Assembly: GCA_947652325.1 (NCBI GenBank)
Contig: CANTCQ010000005.1
Span: 4,727-68,726 of the forward strand
Direction of reading: 5' to 3'
Origin: an uncultured Mycoplasmatota bacterium
Lineage (GTDB): Bacteria; Bacillota_I; Bacilli_A; RF39; UBA660
Length of the DNA: 64,000 nucleotides
The notes beneath the pieces were generated by a model. That model did not search any database. It saw only the letters and a program-made list of their open reading frames with translations, and had not been told where the DNA came from. The first letter of the stretch is position 1, and each line of letters starts with the position of its first letter. Shown piece after piece: positions 36,615 through 45,569 of this stretch. Position numbers and translations under genes: made by a program.

Positions 36615-37338
36615 TATGGAAAAAGGAAAAAAATTTATTAAAGGTATTTTATTTAGTGTTTTATTGTTTGTTTTATATTATTTTATTTGCCCTAATTTAC
36701 TGGCAATGCTTTTTCGAAATGGATTATTAAGTAATAATTTTTGGATACAAAATCTTTCTTTTCTTACCATTTATATTTTAACTTTATTTATTATTCTTAT
36801 TATTATTCGGAAAGATTTAGTACAACAATTTAAAACATTTTTAAAAGAACCAAAAAAAGTATTAAATAAAGGATTTACCTACTGGGTATATGGAATAATT
36901 GTGATGATTGCTTCTAATCTAATTATTACTTCTATTTTAGGCGATATCGCCGTTAACGAGCAATCAACAAGAGAAATTTTATTTGCTACTCCTATTTATG
37001 CAATTCCTACAATTATTTTTATTGGTCCTTTTTTAGAAGAAATTGTATTTCGGTATGGATTTAGAAAAGCTTTTACTAAAAAAATTCCTTATGCTTTATT
37101 CTGTGCTATTATTTTTGGTGGAATTCATGTTGTAACAGCAATTGATGAATGGACTATCACAAATATTATAAGCCATGCTAGCGAAATTCTATTTATTGTT
37201 CCCTATGGTTCTTTAGGATTTTTCTTTGCCAAAGCTTATTACGAAACCGAAAATATTTTCTCTTCTGTTATTCCGCATATGTTACATAATACTCTTTCTG
37301 TTTCCCTTATTTTATTGATGCACTTTTTAGGAATGTAG
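36604..37338 (+). CDS. CPBP (CAAX/Abi) family intramembrane metalloprotease
   Basis: Motifs EEIVFRYGF (EExxxR), FGGIHV and PHMLHN in a polytopic protein. The start may be the ATG at 36616. Confidence 0.8.
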   Translation: MLISMEKGKKFIKGILFSVLLFVLYYFICPNLLAMLFRNGLLSNNFWIQNLSFLTIYILTLFIILIIIRKDLVQQFKTFLKEPKKVLNKGFTYWVYGIIVMIASNLIITSILGDIAVNEQSTREILFATPIYAIPTIIFIGPFLEEIVFRYGFRKAFTKKIPYALFCAIIFGGIHVVTAIDEWTITNIISHASEILFIVPYGSLGFFFAKAYYETENIFSSVIPHMLHNTLSVSLILLMHFLGM

Positions 37339-37345
37339 GTGTTTT

Positions 37346-38239
37346 ATGGAGAAAGAAAGTTTGGAAAAAGAAATCGACAAAAGACCAAAAAAAAGAAGTA
37401 TTCTGAAAAAAGTGCTTTTTCTTTTTTCTTTATTCCTTATTTTATTTTATATTTATATAAGATATATAGAAACAAGTACACTTGTTGTACATGAACATCC
37501 TATTTATGATAATCATCTTCCTTCTTCTTACGATGGTACAAAAATTGTTCATTTTTCTGATATTTTATACGGAAGTACAGTTGGAGAAAAAATGCTTACT
37601 AAAACAGTAAAAAAAATAAATGAATTAAAAGGTGATATTGTTGTATTTACAGGAGATTTATTCAATGATACTCTTCATTTAACTGAAAAAGATAATGTTT
37701 ATTTAAAAGAAAAATTAAGTGAAATAGAAGCAACTTATCGCAAATATGCTGTCGTTGGAAATTGTGATGTTTCTAATCTTGCTCTGTATAAAGATATTAT
37801 GGAAAATGCTGGATTTACAGTTTTGGAAAATAAAAATGAACTTCTTTATTTTAAAGGAAACGAACCCTTACTTTTTGTGGGTACTTCTTCTTTGATAGAA
37901 AATCAAGATGACATTGCTTCTGCTTTTCAAACAAAAGAAGATACAACAACTGCTTACAAAATACTTTTACACCATGAACCCACTATAATAGATGAATTAC
38001 AAGTTCACAATATACATCCAAATCTTATTTTAGCGGGACATAGTTTATATGGTTTATCTTGGTTTCCTTTTGGTGGTACACTTTTAAAGCAAAAAGGTGT
38101 TGATTCTTATACATCATTTTATTATGAAAATGAAAATACAAAAATGTTTGTTTCTAATGGAATAGGAACTTATAAATTAAATATTCGCTTTTTAAATTAT
38201 TCTTCTATTCATTTATATCGTTTGTATAGTCATCTTTAA
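37346..38239 (+). CDS. membrane-anchored metallophosphoesterase (YkuE-like)
   Basis: Calcineurin-like motifs HFSD, GDLFND, GNCD, HHEP and GHS in order, after an N-terminal TM. Confidence 0.75.
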   Translation: MEKESLEKEIDKRPKKRSILKKVLFLFSLFLILFYIYIRYIETSTLVVHEHPIYDNHLPSSYDGTKIVHFSDILYGSTVGEKMLTKTVKKINELKGDIVVFTGDLFNDTLHLTEKDNVYLKEKLSEIEATYRKYAVVGNCDVSNLALYKDIMENAGFTVLENKNELLYFKGNEPLLFVGTSSLIENQDDIASAFQTKEDTTTAYKILLHHEPTIIDELQVHNIHPNLILAGHSLYGLSWFPFGGTLLKQKGVDSYTSFYYENENTKMFVSNGIGTYKLNIRFLNYSSIHLYRLYSHL

Positions 38240-38279
38240 TGGATGACTTTTTTGTAAGAAAAAAAGACCCTAAGGCCTT

Positions 38280-38720
38280 TTAAACACATTCAACAAATGT
38301 ATCTGTTAAACAACGAATGGCACAAATGCAATCAAGACTCATTGTAAAGAAAGAATTTGTTGCAATGTATGGATTAAGACTTGTAGAATCCGGATTGTCT
38401 TCTAACACACGGCAAGTACAGCAATTTCCATCTACTTTTTCAACTCTAAATACTCTTGAGCAGTTGGCAGTGCCTTCTACACAAGTAGCTGTAGAATCTT
38501 TACTTGTTGGCATACTCCAAGGAGTTCCATTTCCACAACAAGTATAAAGCATAATTGGTCTTGTGTTACAAATAAGACAATTTGGTCCTCCACCAAGCAT
38601 TGGACGGTCACAAGTATCTAAACAATTATCTGGACAAGCATTTTGTTGAAGTACTAAAATAACATTTAGAATTTCGGCAATGCAATTGGTGTCTTTTTCT
38701 TTGTTGTTATTATTACACAT
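38280..38720 (-). CDS. CotY/CotZ-family Cys-rich spore coat protein
   Basis: 146 aa and Cys-rich. FRVEKVDGNCCTCRVL and SLDCICAIRCL parallel B. subtilis CotZ FRVERVHGSC and DLDCFCAINCL. Confidence 0.7.
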   Translation of the reverse strand: MCNNNNKEKDTNCIAEILNVILVLQQNACPDNCLDTCDRPMLGGGPNCLICNTRPIMLYTCCGNGTPWSMPTSKDSTATCVEGTANCSRVFRVEKVDGNCCTCRVLEDNPDSTSLNPYIATNSFFTMSLDCICAIRCLTDTFVECV

Positions 38721-38844
38721 AACATTTTTCCCCTTTCCTATATTCTCATTAATAATTTATGTGAAGGCTTGCAGAAGTGTTCTTCAATTTAAAAAGGTTT
38801 TAAAAATTATTTTTTTGTTGTATAATTTTAATAGGTGATATTTT

Positions 38845-39162
38845 ATGAATACATATTTACAATATTTCATAATTCTTGTAGTTCTTGTTTTAATTTCTTT
38901 GGTTGTTATAAAATTAATGAGAAGAGATTTTAGCGTTGAAGCTAATAAATTAATTAATTATTTAGGTGGAAAAGAAAATATCGTAAATGCTGAGTGTAAC
39001 ATGTCTCGATTTAAAGTTATTTTAAAAGATGTTACCATTGTAGATAAAGATAATATTCAAAAATTAGGTGCTAAAGGAATTGTGGAAATTGACAATCAAT
39101 TAAAAATTATATTTGGAAAAGATGCAAGACAATTAAAAAAATATATTGATGAAATTATTTAG
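38845..39162 (+). CDS. TM-anchored stand-alone PTS EIIB(Glc)-like domain protein
   Basis: LINYLGGKENIVNAECNMSRFKVILKD...LGAKGIVEIDNQLKIIFG follows the EIIB pattern (LGGxxNI..xxHCxTRLRxxxxD...GVxGV...QVIxG). Confidence 0.6.
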   Translation: MNTYLQYFIILVVLVLISLVVIKLMRRDFSVEANKLINYLGGKENIVNAECNMSRFKVILKDVTIVDKDNIQKLGAKGIVEIDNQLKIIFGKDARQLKKYIDEII

Positions 39163-39169
39163 TGTATTC

Positions 39170-39466
39170 TTACACTTTTTTTATTTCTTCAATATCTTCT
39201 ACTTTTATTTTTTCTCCATGAAGTGTTAATAAAGCATCACTTGTTTTTCCTACAATTTCGACTTCTATTTCTTTATTTTTTGTTTTAATTTTTGTTCTTG
39301 TTTTATATACATGGTCTTTGGCATTAAAGATTTTATCAATTTCTTCCTTTGAAATCGAGTTTTTACTAGTTCTTTCTTCTTTTAAAGAACTTATGTAAGT
39401 TTCTTTGTTATTTGTTATTTTTTTTTCGATTGGAACCGCATAAACATTTGGTAAATTTTTATTCAT
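39170..39466 (-). CDS. hypothetical Lys/Glu-rich protein
   Basis: 98-aa ORF; no motif assigned. Confidence 0.4.
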   Translation of the reverse strand: MNKNLPNVYAVPIEKKITNNKETYISSLKEERTSKNSISKEEIDKIFNAKDHVYKTRTKIKTKNKEIEVEIVGKTSDALLTLHGEKIKVEDIEEIKKV

Positions 39467-39506
39467 TTTAGGACACCTCGTTACATTTTATGATAAAGTT
39501 TTTAAT

Positions 39507-40619
39507 TTGTTGCATACTAAAACTATGAAAAAGTTAGTGAGAAAATACAATTTGCTTTTGTTTATTCCACTAGGAATTCTCATGATTGCTAGTTTTTTTT
39601 GCATGTATCAAGCTACCTTTATTAAAAGTATATATACTTATCATCTATATAAACAAATTTTATGGTTTATCATAGGATTTTTCTTATTATTTATTATATC
39701 TAAATTAAAAATACTTTTTTTCTTTCAATATAGTTTTCTTTTTTATATATTCGGTATATTTCTTCTTATTTTGGTTTTATTTTTTGGGGATGTTACGAAT
39801 GGAGCTAGAGCTTGGTTTCATTTAAAGTTTTTCAATTTGCAGCCAAGTGAATTTATGAAAATTGCTTTGCTCCTTTATCTTGCTAAAATAACCAATGATT
39901 TTAAATTAGGAAACATAAAGGAAATTTTTTATATTGGAAAATGTATTTTAATTACTTTTCTTCCTTCTTTTTTGGTGTTTTTGGAACCTGATACAGGAGC
40001 CATTGTCATTTTTTTACTATTATTACTTTCTACTTTTCTTTTATCTGGTATTCGTAAACGTTGGTTTGTTCTTTCTTTTTTGGTTCTTTTTCTTATTTTA
40101 GGTGGATTTTTCTATCTCTATTTTTGGAAACAAGATTTATTAATTCAACTTATAGGTACAAGTTTTTTTTACAGAATGGACCGCATTTTACATTTTCGCG
40201 ATGGAACAGGCATGCAACTTAATAATGCTTTAGCAACCATTGGAAATACAAGTTTTTTAGGAAATGGGATTCAAAAAGATTTACTCTATGTACCAGAATT
40301 TCCTACTGATTTTGTTTTTACTTTAAGTATTTCTATTTTTGGTTTTTTAGGTGCATTTATTATACTATTTTGTTATTTTATTTTAAATGTTTATTTCTTG
40401 TCTCGATTGTTCTTAGTTAAAAGTTTAGAAGGAAAAATTTTTATTCATGGTTTTTTATATATTTTTGTCTACCAACAGTTACAAAATATTTTCATGAACT
40501 TAGGATTACTTCCTATTATGGGAATTCCTCTCCCTTTTTTATCTTATGGTGGTTCAAATATGATTGTTTATTTTATTTTATTGGGATTTATTTTAAATTT
40601 AATCAAAAAAAAAGATTAG
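39507..40619 (+). CDS. FtsW/RodA/SpoVE-family peptidoglycan glycosyltransferase
   Basis: Polytopic, with QPSEFMKI, FPTDFVFT and LLPIMGIPLPFLSYGGS signatures. The start is uncertain (TTG 39507 or ATG 39525). Confidence 0.85.
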   Translation: MLHTKTMKKLVRKYNLLLFIPLGILMIASFFCMYQATFIKSIYTYHLYKQILWFIIGFFLLFIISKLKILFFFQYSFLFYIFGIFLLILVLFFGDVTNGARAWFHLKFFNLQPSEFMKIALLLYLAKITNDFKLGNIKEIFYIGKCILITFLPSFLVFLEPDTGAIVIFLLLLLSTFLLSGIRKRWFVLSFLVLFLILGGFFYLYFWKQDLLIQLIGTSFFYRMDRILHFRDGTGMQLNNALATIGNTSFLGNGIQKDLLYVPEFPTDFVFTLSISIFGFLGAFIILFCYFILNVYFLSRLFLVKSLEGKIFIHGFLYIFVYQQLQNIFMNLGLLPIMGIPLPFLSYGGSNMIVYFILLGFILNLIKKKD

Positions 40620-40756
40620 AATAAGAATTTTGTAATAATCTTTTTTGAATCTAAACTTACTTGCTATTTTCTTTTTATGTATTAGATTTTTGAGTATTTG
40701 TCATTGTTCTGCTCTTGGAGTTTTTTCAACTAAAGTATAAGTAATGCATAGTACAC

Positions 40757-40793
40757 AAAAAATTGTTTAGATTCTTTTTCTAAACAATTTTTT
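40757..40793. terminator. bidirectional terminator (perfect 14-bp inverted repeat)
   Basis: AAAAAATTGTTTAG (40757-40770), 9-nt loop, CTAAACAATTTTTT (40780-40793), between convergent genes. Confidence 0.6.
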
Positions 40794-40821
40794 TTAGTTT
40801 TACACTATTGAATTAGAATTC

Positions 40822-41037
40822 TTATCTTCCATAAGGAAAGTAATAATTGTAAGATGAATATCCGTAAGGACCTGGTCCCATTGGTGGATATGGTCTTTGT
40901 GGTGCAACATTATAAATTGGTCTTGGTCTTGTTAAACCCACTGCTGCTCCACCAACTAAAGCTCCTGTTAAAAATGGAAAGAAAAATTGACGGTCTCCAT
41001 TATTAACTGTTTGATAATTATAAGAATTTTGATACAT
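40822..41037 (-). CDS. small Gly/Pro/Tyr-rich protein
   Basis: 71-aa ORF with one hydrophobic segment and Y/P/G-rich ends; a GAGGAGGAAAAC RBS lies upstream. Confidence 0.5.
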   Translation of the reverse strand: MYQNSYNYQTVNNGDRQFFFPFLTGALVGGAAVGLTRPRPIYNVAPQRPYPPMGPGPYGYSSYNYYFPYGR

Positions 41038-41084
41038 AAAGTTTTCCTCCTCTCAAATTATTTTATGAGAAAAGTGCTTTTTGT

Positions 41085-42311
41085 TTATTTATAAAAGCCC
41101 AAATAATATCTCTTCTTTCCTTTTTTTATTAAAATAATTTTATTTTCAATAAAGTCTTCCTTAGTTATTTGCTTTTCTAAATTCATTTCTTTTTTATTAT
41201 TTATAGCAATCGCGCCGCTACTTATCATTTCTCTTGCTTCCCTTTTACTTGTACAAATGGATGCCTCTACTAATAAATCTACTAAAAATGTATCTTCTTT
41301 TGCAATAAAGGTTGGAATGTCTTTTAAACTGGATATGATGTCATTAGCTGGAAGTTTGGTAATATCTTCACTAAATAAAGCTTCACTCATTATTCTTGCT
41401 CTTTCATATTCTTCTTTTCCATGTAAATCCGTAATAATTTCTTCCGCCAAACGTTTATGTGCTTCCCGTTTTTCAGGATTTTCATTATGTCGTTTTTCAA
41501 TCTCTTCAATTTCTTCTTTCGATAAAAATGTAAGTTTCTTTAAGTATTCAATAATCATAGAATCTTCTAAATTAATTAAATATTGATACATTTCATAACT
41601 TGACGTTTTATTTTTATCAAGCCATAAAGCATTTCCTTCTGTTTTTCCAAACTTAACTCCATTAGAATCTGTTACTAAAGGCATTACCATTCCATAAGCT
41701 GTTTTGTCACATTTTTTACGGATAAGCTCAATTCCAGCTGTAATATTTCCCCATTGGTCACTTCCTGCTACTTGTAAAGTACAATTGCGCGTTTTAAATA
41801 AATGTAGGAAATCAAGAGCTTGTAGTATCATATAAGAAAATTCTGCAAAAGTAATTCCTGTTTCAATTCTTGATTTTACTTTATCTTTTGCAAGCATATA
41901 ATTAATATTAAAATGTTTTCCATAATCTCTTAAAAAATCAATTATATTAATTTCTTTTGTCCATTCATAATTATCAACCACTTCAAATCCAAAAATACTT
42001 TCTGCTTGGGCTTTTAATCCTTTAATATTTTTTTCTACTTCACTTTTTGAAATCATTGGTCGCTCACTTGTTGGTTTTGGGTCCCCAATTAAACCTGTAG
42101 CTCCTCCGATTAAAAGAATCGGATGATGCCCTGCACGCTCCAATCTTTTAGAAATCAAAAATGAAGAGTAATGCCCTATATGCATTGAATCTGCTGTTGG
42201 GTCTGTACCAATATAAAAAGTTAAACCTCCCTTATTTATTTTTTCAATTAATGCCTCATCACTAATATCTTGTACTAAACCTCGCCATTTTAAATCTTCA
42301 AATACTGTCAT
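41085..42311 (-). CDS. tyrS: tyrosine--tRNA ligase
   Basis: HIGH motif (MHIGHY), KMSKS-equivalent KFGKT and a C-terminal S4-like domain; 408 aa. Confidence 0.95.
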   Translation of the reverse strand: MTVFEDLKWRGLVQDISDEALIEKINKGGLTFYIGTDPTADSMHIGHYSSFLISKRLERAGHHPILLIGGATGLIGDPKPTSERPMISKSEVEKNIKGLKAQAESIFGFEVVDNYEWTKEINIIDFLRDYGKHFNINYMLAKDKVKSRIETGITFAEFSYMILQALDFLHLFKTRNCTLQVAGSDQWGNITAGIELIRKKCDKTAYGMVMPLVTDSNGVKFGKTEGNALWLDKNKTSSYEMYQYLINLEDSMIIEYLKKLTFLSKEEIEEIEKRHNENPEKREAHKRLAEEIITDLHGKEEYERARIMSEALFSEDITKLPANDIISSLKDIPTFIAKEDTFLVDLLVEASICTSKREAREMISSGAIAINNKKEMNLEKQITKEDFIENKIILIKKGKKRYYLGFYK

Positions 42312-42851
42312 TTTCTATTTTCCTCCAATTCTAAAATTTTTATTTTATTTAACTCTATGCCATAATCTTTATAAATCGACTCAACATCTTTCACTGTTAT
42401 ATCACTTTTTTTATACCCTAGCCTATCAACAATCTTATAAACCTCCTCTTCATTTTTCCTTCAATTTCAATATAATCTGGAATCATCGGCCAAGAATCAA
42501 TATCTATTTCAACATCTTCAAGAATGTAATGGCATCGTTTATTTTCCTGTACTGCTCTTGGCATATAACCTAGCTCTTTTAATATCAAATGAGTTTTTTC
42601 TAAATTATCTACTTTTATTTCTAATTCTTCTGTACCCGCAATATTATGGCTTTTTACATTTTTAATAGTTAAAGTTGTTTCTATGCCATTGGTTCGTAAA
42701 CGTATCCATTTATTGGAAATAATGGGATGAAAATCGTAAATATAGCGTTTTTGAAGATGCTCCCATTTAAAAGTAGCATTTAAATCTTCTAATTTTTTTT
42801 TAACTCTTTTTTATTTATATTTAATATTCTTACTTCATATTCAATATTCAT
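42308..42851 (-). pseudogene. CYTH-domain (triphosphate tunnel metalloenzyme) gene interrupted by two homopolymer frameshifts
   Basis: ATG at 42849-42851 after a GGAGGAAAAG RBS. MNIEYEVRILNINKKELKK then hits a stop at an A9 run (42793-42801). The next frame gives LEDLNATFKWEHLQKRYIYDF...IEIEGK. A second shift at an A5 run (42453-42457) restores EEEVYKIVDRLGYKKSDITVKDV..., ending in a TGA that overlaps the tyrS ATG. Confidence 0.65.
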
Positions 42852-42864
42852 TTCTTTTCCTCCA

Positions 42865-43070
42865 ATAAAAAACGCAATCTTTCTCCTCCATAAGGACGAA
42901 AAAAATCGCGGTACCACCTTAATTCATAACATAAGCTATGCACTTTCATCGACTATAAAGCATCACCTATCAAGTTCATAAAATGTACTTCGTTATTTAT
43001 TCTTTATTAGTTTTCACCTAACACTAACTCTCTTAAAAATGAAATAAATCACTACTTTTTTTAATCATTA
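42865..43070 (-). promoter_or_regulatory. T-box riboswitch leader, Tyr (UAC) specifier
   Basis: On the minus strand: AGAGAG bulge and GGTGAAA distal loop, specifier GAAG-UAC-A (codon at 42985-42987), conserved AATTAAGGTGGTACCGCG (42907-42924), then a terminator hairpin plus a T-run. Confidence 0.85.
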
Positions 43071-43134
43071 CTTGATTCCTTTTTAGTGTAACAAAATACA
43101 TTTATTTAGTCAAATACTTTTAAATGATAAAAGT

Positions 43135-43614
43135 TTAAGCTGTTTTTGAATTCGTAGTTTTAGATGCTTTTTTCTTTTTAGAATTTTCTTTATTTATTGT
43201 TTTTTTCTTGTTATTTTCTAATTTATCAACAGTATTTTTTAAAACTGTAATTGTTTTTTCTTTGATTTCATTTGCAGCATGCTCAATAATTGGTGCACTT
43301 TTTTCTTTTGCAACACTTATTACATCTTCTGTTTTTTCTAAAAGTGCCGTTCCTTTTTCTTTTATTAAAGTAACAGCTGTTTCTTTATTTAAATTTTCTA
43401 AATCTTTTTTCAATTCTTTTACTTTTTGATTTAATTTTTCTTTAATTTCTTCTTTATCTATATTTTTGATATTATCTGCAAGTTGTCCTGCTTTTTCTTT
43501 TAAATCTTTTCTAGTTTCACTACCTTTTTTTGGTGCAAATAAAACACCTAAGCCAGCACCTATAAGAGTCCCTGTAATAAATTTACCCATTCCTTTTTTG
43601 CTCATTTTTTTCAT
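43135..43614 (-). CDS. YtxH-domain general stress-type protein
   Basis: GKFITGTLIGAGLGVLFAPKKGSETRKDLKEK is the YtxH signature, followed by a Lys/Glu-rich coiled coil. Confidence 0.75.
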   Translation of the reverse strand: MKKMSKKGMGKFITGTLIGAGLGVLFAPKKGSETRKDLKEKAGQLADNIKNIDKEEIKEKLNQKVKELKKDLENLNKETAVTLIKEKGTALLEKTEDVISVAKEKSAPIIEHAANEIKEKTITVLKNTVDKLENNKKKTINKENSKKKKASKTTNSKTA

Positions 43615-43897
43615 CTCTTTCTATTTTTTTCTTTTTTTTACTGAATAACATTTTGTTAAATAAGGATGTTATTTTTCCAATAACTTTATCTGTTGCCATG
43701 GAAATTTTATCCGTTGTATAATCTATAATATGAAAAAAACCATTCAATGTTTGTATCTTATCGTTTACATCTTCAATTACTTTTTCTGCTTTTGTTAATA
43801 AATTTATTGTCTTTACACCTAATATTATACCTATAATTAAAATAATTATGAGTAAAATATAAATCATTATGGGTAAAAATTCTAGCCAAAAACTCAT
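43583..43897 (-). CDS. DUF948-like membrane protein
   Basis: N-terminal TM plus a helical region. It is adjacent to the YtxH gene, as in the Bacillus ytxG-ytxH arrangement. Confidence 0.6.
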   Translation of the reverse strand: MSFWLEFLPIMIYILLIIILIIGIILGVKTINLLTKAEKVIEDVNDKIQTLNGFFHIIDYTTDKISMATDKVIGKITSLFNKMLFSKKKKKIERDEKNEQKRNG

Positions 43898-43900
43898 TTT

Positions 43901-44857
43901 TTATTCTTCCTCTCTATTGTCATACATCGAATCAATTAAATCAAATAAATCACTTTCTAAAGTATTTTCTTCTAGATATTTTTCATTTTCTTCTTTTTCT
44001 CTTGGTTTTTCATCTAACTGCTGCAAACTTTCTTTTTCTTTTTTAAATTCTTCTTCTAAATTGATTTCAAAATCTTCAGGTTCTTCTAAAACACGGTGGG
44101 CAGTACTTCTTTTAGGAGTTGATGTACTTCTTTGTAAATTTTTACTTCTTGATTGATATTCTACTTCAATACTATCATCAATTGCATTATTCAATAAATC
44201 ATCTCTGTTTTTTTGCTCGCGATAAAACTTTTCAATTGGTTTGTCATTAAATGTATTTTCAATGTCATCCTCTAGGGTACCAAATGCTTTTTTACGAACC
44301 ATGTCTACATCCATTTTTGGAATTACTTTGGATGGTTTTTCAACGGTAACAATATCTTCTTTTCTATAATTTTTATCGAGTACACCATATACAGGAGAAA
44401 TTACAGGGGATGGTTTAAAAGTGGATGCTATGTTTTCACTAGATACAGTTCTTTTTTCTTTTCTTGTTGTTTCTTTATGAATTGGTTTTGTTTTTCTTTC
44501 ATAGTTGTGCGTAGTTGAGGAAACGGTATCTGTTGCTTTTTTTTGCGTGTATTCTGATTTATGAACAATAATTGGTTCTTTTTCTTTAGGTTCTTCTTCC
44601 CTTTCTTGTTCGATTGGAGGTTTATAATTGCTTACAAATTCTTCTTCATCAAACTCTGGAAATTTAAAAGTACTTTCGGCTTTAAATAAATCTCTTTCAT
44701 TTTCTTCTTCTGGTACTTCTTTTACTGTTATATTTTCTTTTTTTTGTTCTATATTAAAGTCATTTGAAGCTCCTTTATTTGGTGCTGCACTTACTTCTAT
44801 TTCTTCTTCCTCAAATAAGGCATTTTTTAATTTTCCAAATAATCCCATTCTATTCAC
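43901..44857 (-). CDS. acidic Glu/Lys-rich protein with N-terminal amphipathic helix
   Basis: 318 aa, N-terminus MGLFGKLKNALFEEEE, central SPVISPVYGVLDKNY motif. Function unknown. Confidence 0.5.
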   Translation of the reverse strand: MNRMGLFGKLKNALFEEEEIEVSAAPNKGASNDFNIEQKKENITVKEVPEEENERDLFKAESTFKFPEFDEEEFVSNYKPPIEQEREEEPKEKEPIIVHKSEYTQKKATDTVSSTTHNYERKTKPIHKETTRKEKRTVSSENIASTFKPSPVISPVYGVLDKNYRKEDIVTVEKPSKVIPKMDVDMVRKKAFGTLEDDIENTFNDKPIEKFYREQKNRDDLLNNAIDDSIEVEYQSRSKNLQRSTSTPKRSTAHRVLEEPEDFEINLEEEFKKEKESLQQLDEKPREKEENEKYLEENTLESDLFDLIDSMYDNREEE

Positions 44858-44861
44858 CTTC

Positions 44862-45509
44862 TTAATTAATTAAATCCATGTCTGGAATCTCTTCTTTTTT
44901 ATTATTTGTGGTTGCATTTTCATCATATCGAATTAAATTACTTTCATTTTTAGCTGTTTCAAAAATATTAAATTCTATTTCACTTGCATTTAATATGTCT
45001 TCTCCAATCATACTTGCAATTATAGTATCATTATAAGTAATAGAACTAAGTAAAGACATCGCGTAACTTAACATTTCTTTTATATCCCTATTTTCTACTA
45101 TCACTTCTATTTTAGCATAATTATACATAATTTCAATTAAATATTTGTTTTTTTCTTTCAAATTTATTTCCAAATATCCAAATTTATCTCCATTTGTTAT
45201 TTTTTTTGAAAAATAAGTGGTATTATTTTCCAAATAGTTTTCTTTTACTTTGTTGTAATAACTTACTAAATCTAAATACAAATAAAGAGTATATTTATCA
45301 CTTTTTAAAATAACATTGTTATGGTTATCCTCTAAAATATTTAATCCTTTTGGCAAATAATAACTATATCCTTGTGAAGTTTTATTTTTAAAAGGCTCTG
45401 TTTCGTTATTTAATGCAAAAGCAATTATTCCCTCATAATTACTTTGATTTACATTGATGCATCCTGTAAGAAAAAAGAAAAGTAAGAAAAGCAACAGAAC
45501 TTTTTTCAT
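44862..45509 (-). CDS. lipoprotein, unknown function
   Basis: The ATG at 45509 follows an AAGGAGGG RBS; lipobox LFFFLTGC. Confidence 0.6.
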   Translation of the reverse strand: MKKVLLLFLLFFFLTGCINVNQSNYEGIIAFALNNETEPFKNKTSQGYSYYLPKGLNILEDNHNNVILKSDKYTLYLYLDLVSYYNKVKENYLENNTTYFSKKITNGDKFGYLEINLKEKNKYLIEIMYNYAKIEVIVENRDIKEMLSYAMSLLSSITYNDTIIASMIGEDILNASEIEFNIFETAKNESNLIRYDENATTNNKKEEIPDMDLIN

Positions 45510-45569
45510 AAGTTCCCTCCTTATGCTAAATATCATTATAACAAAAAAATGTTTTTTTTAAAACATCTT

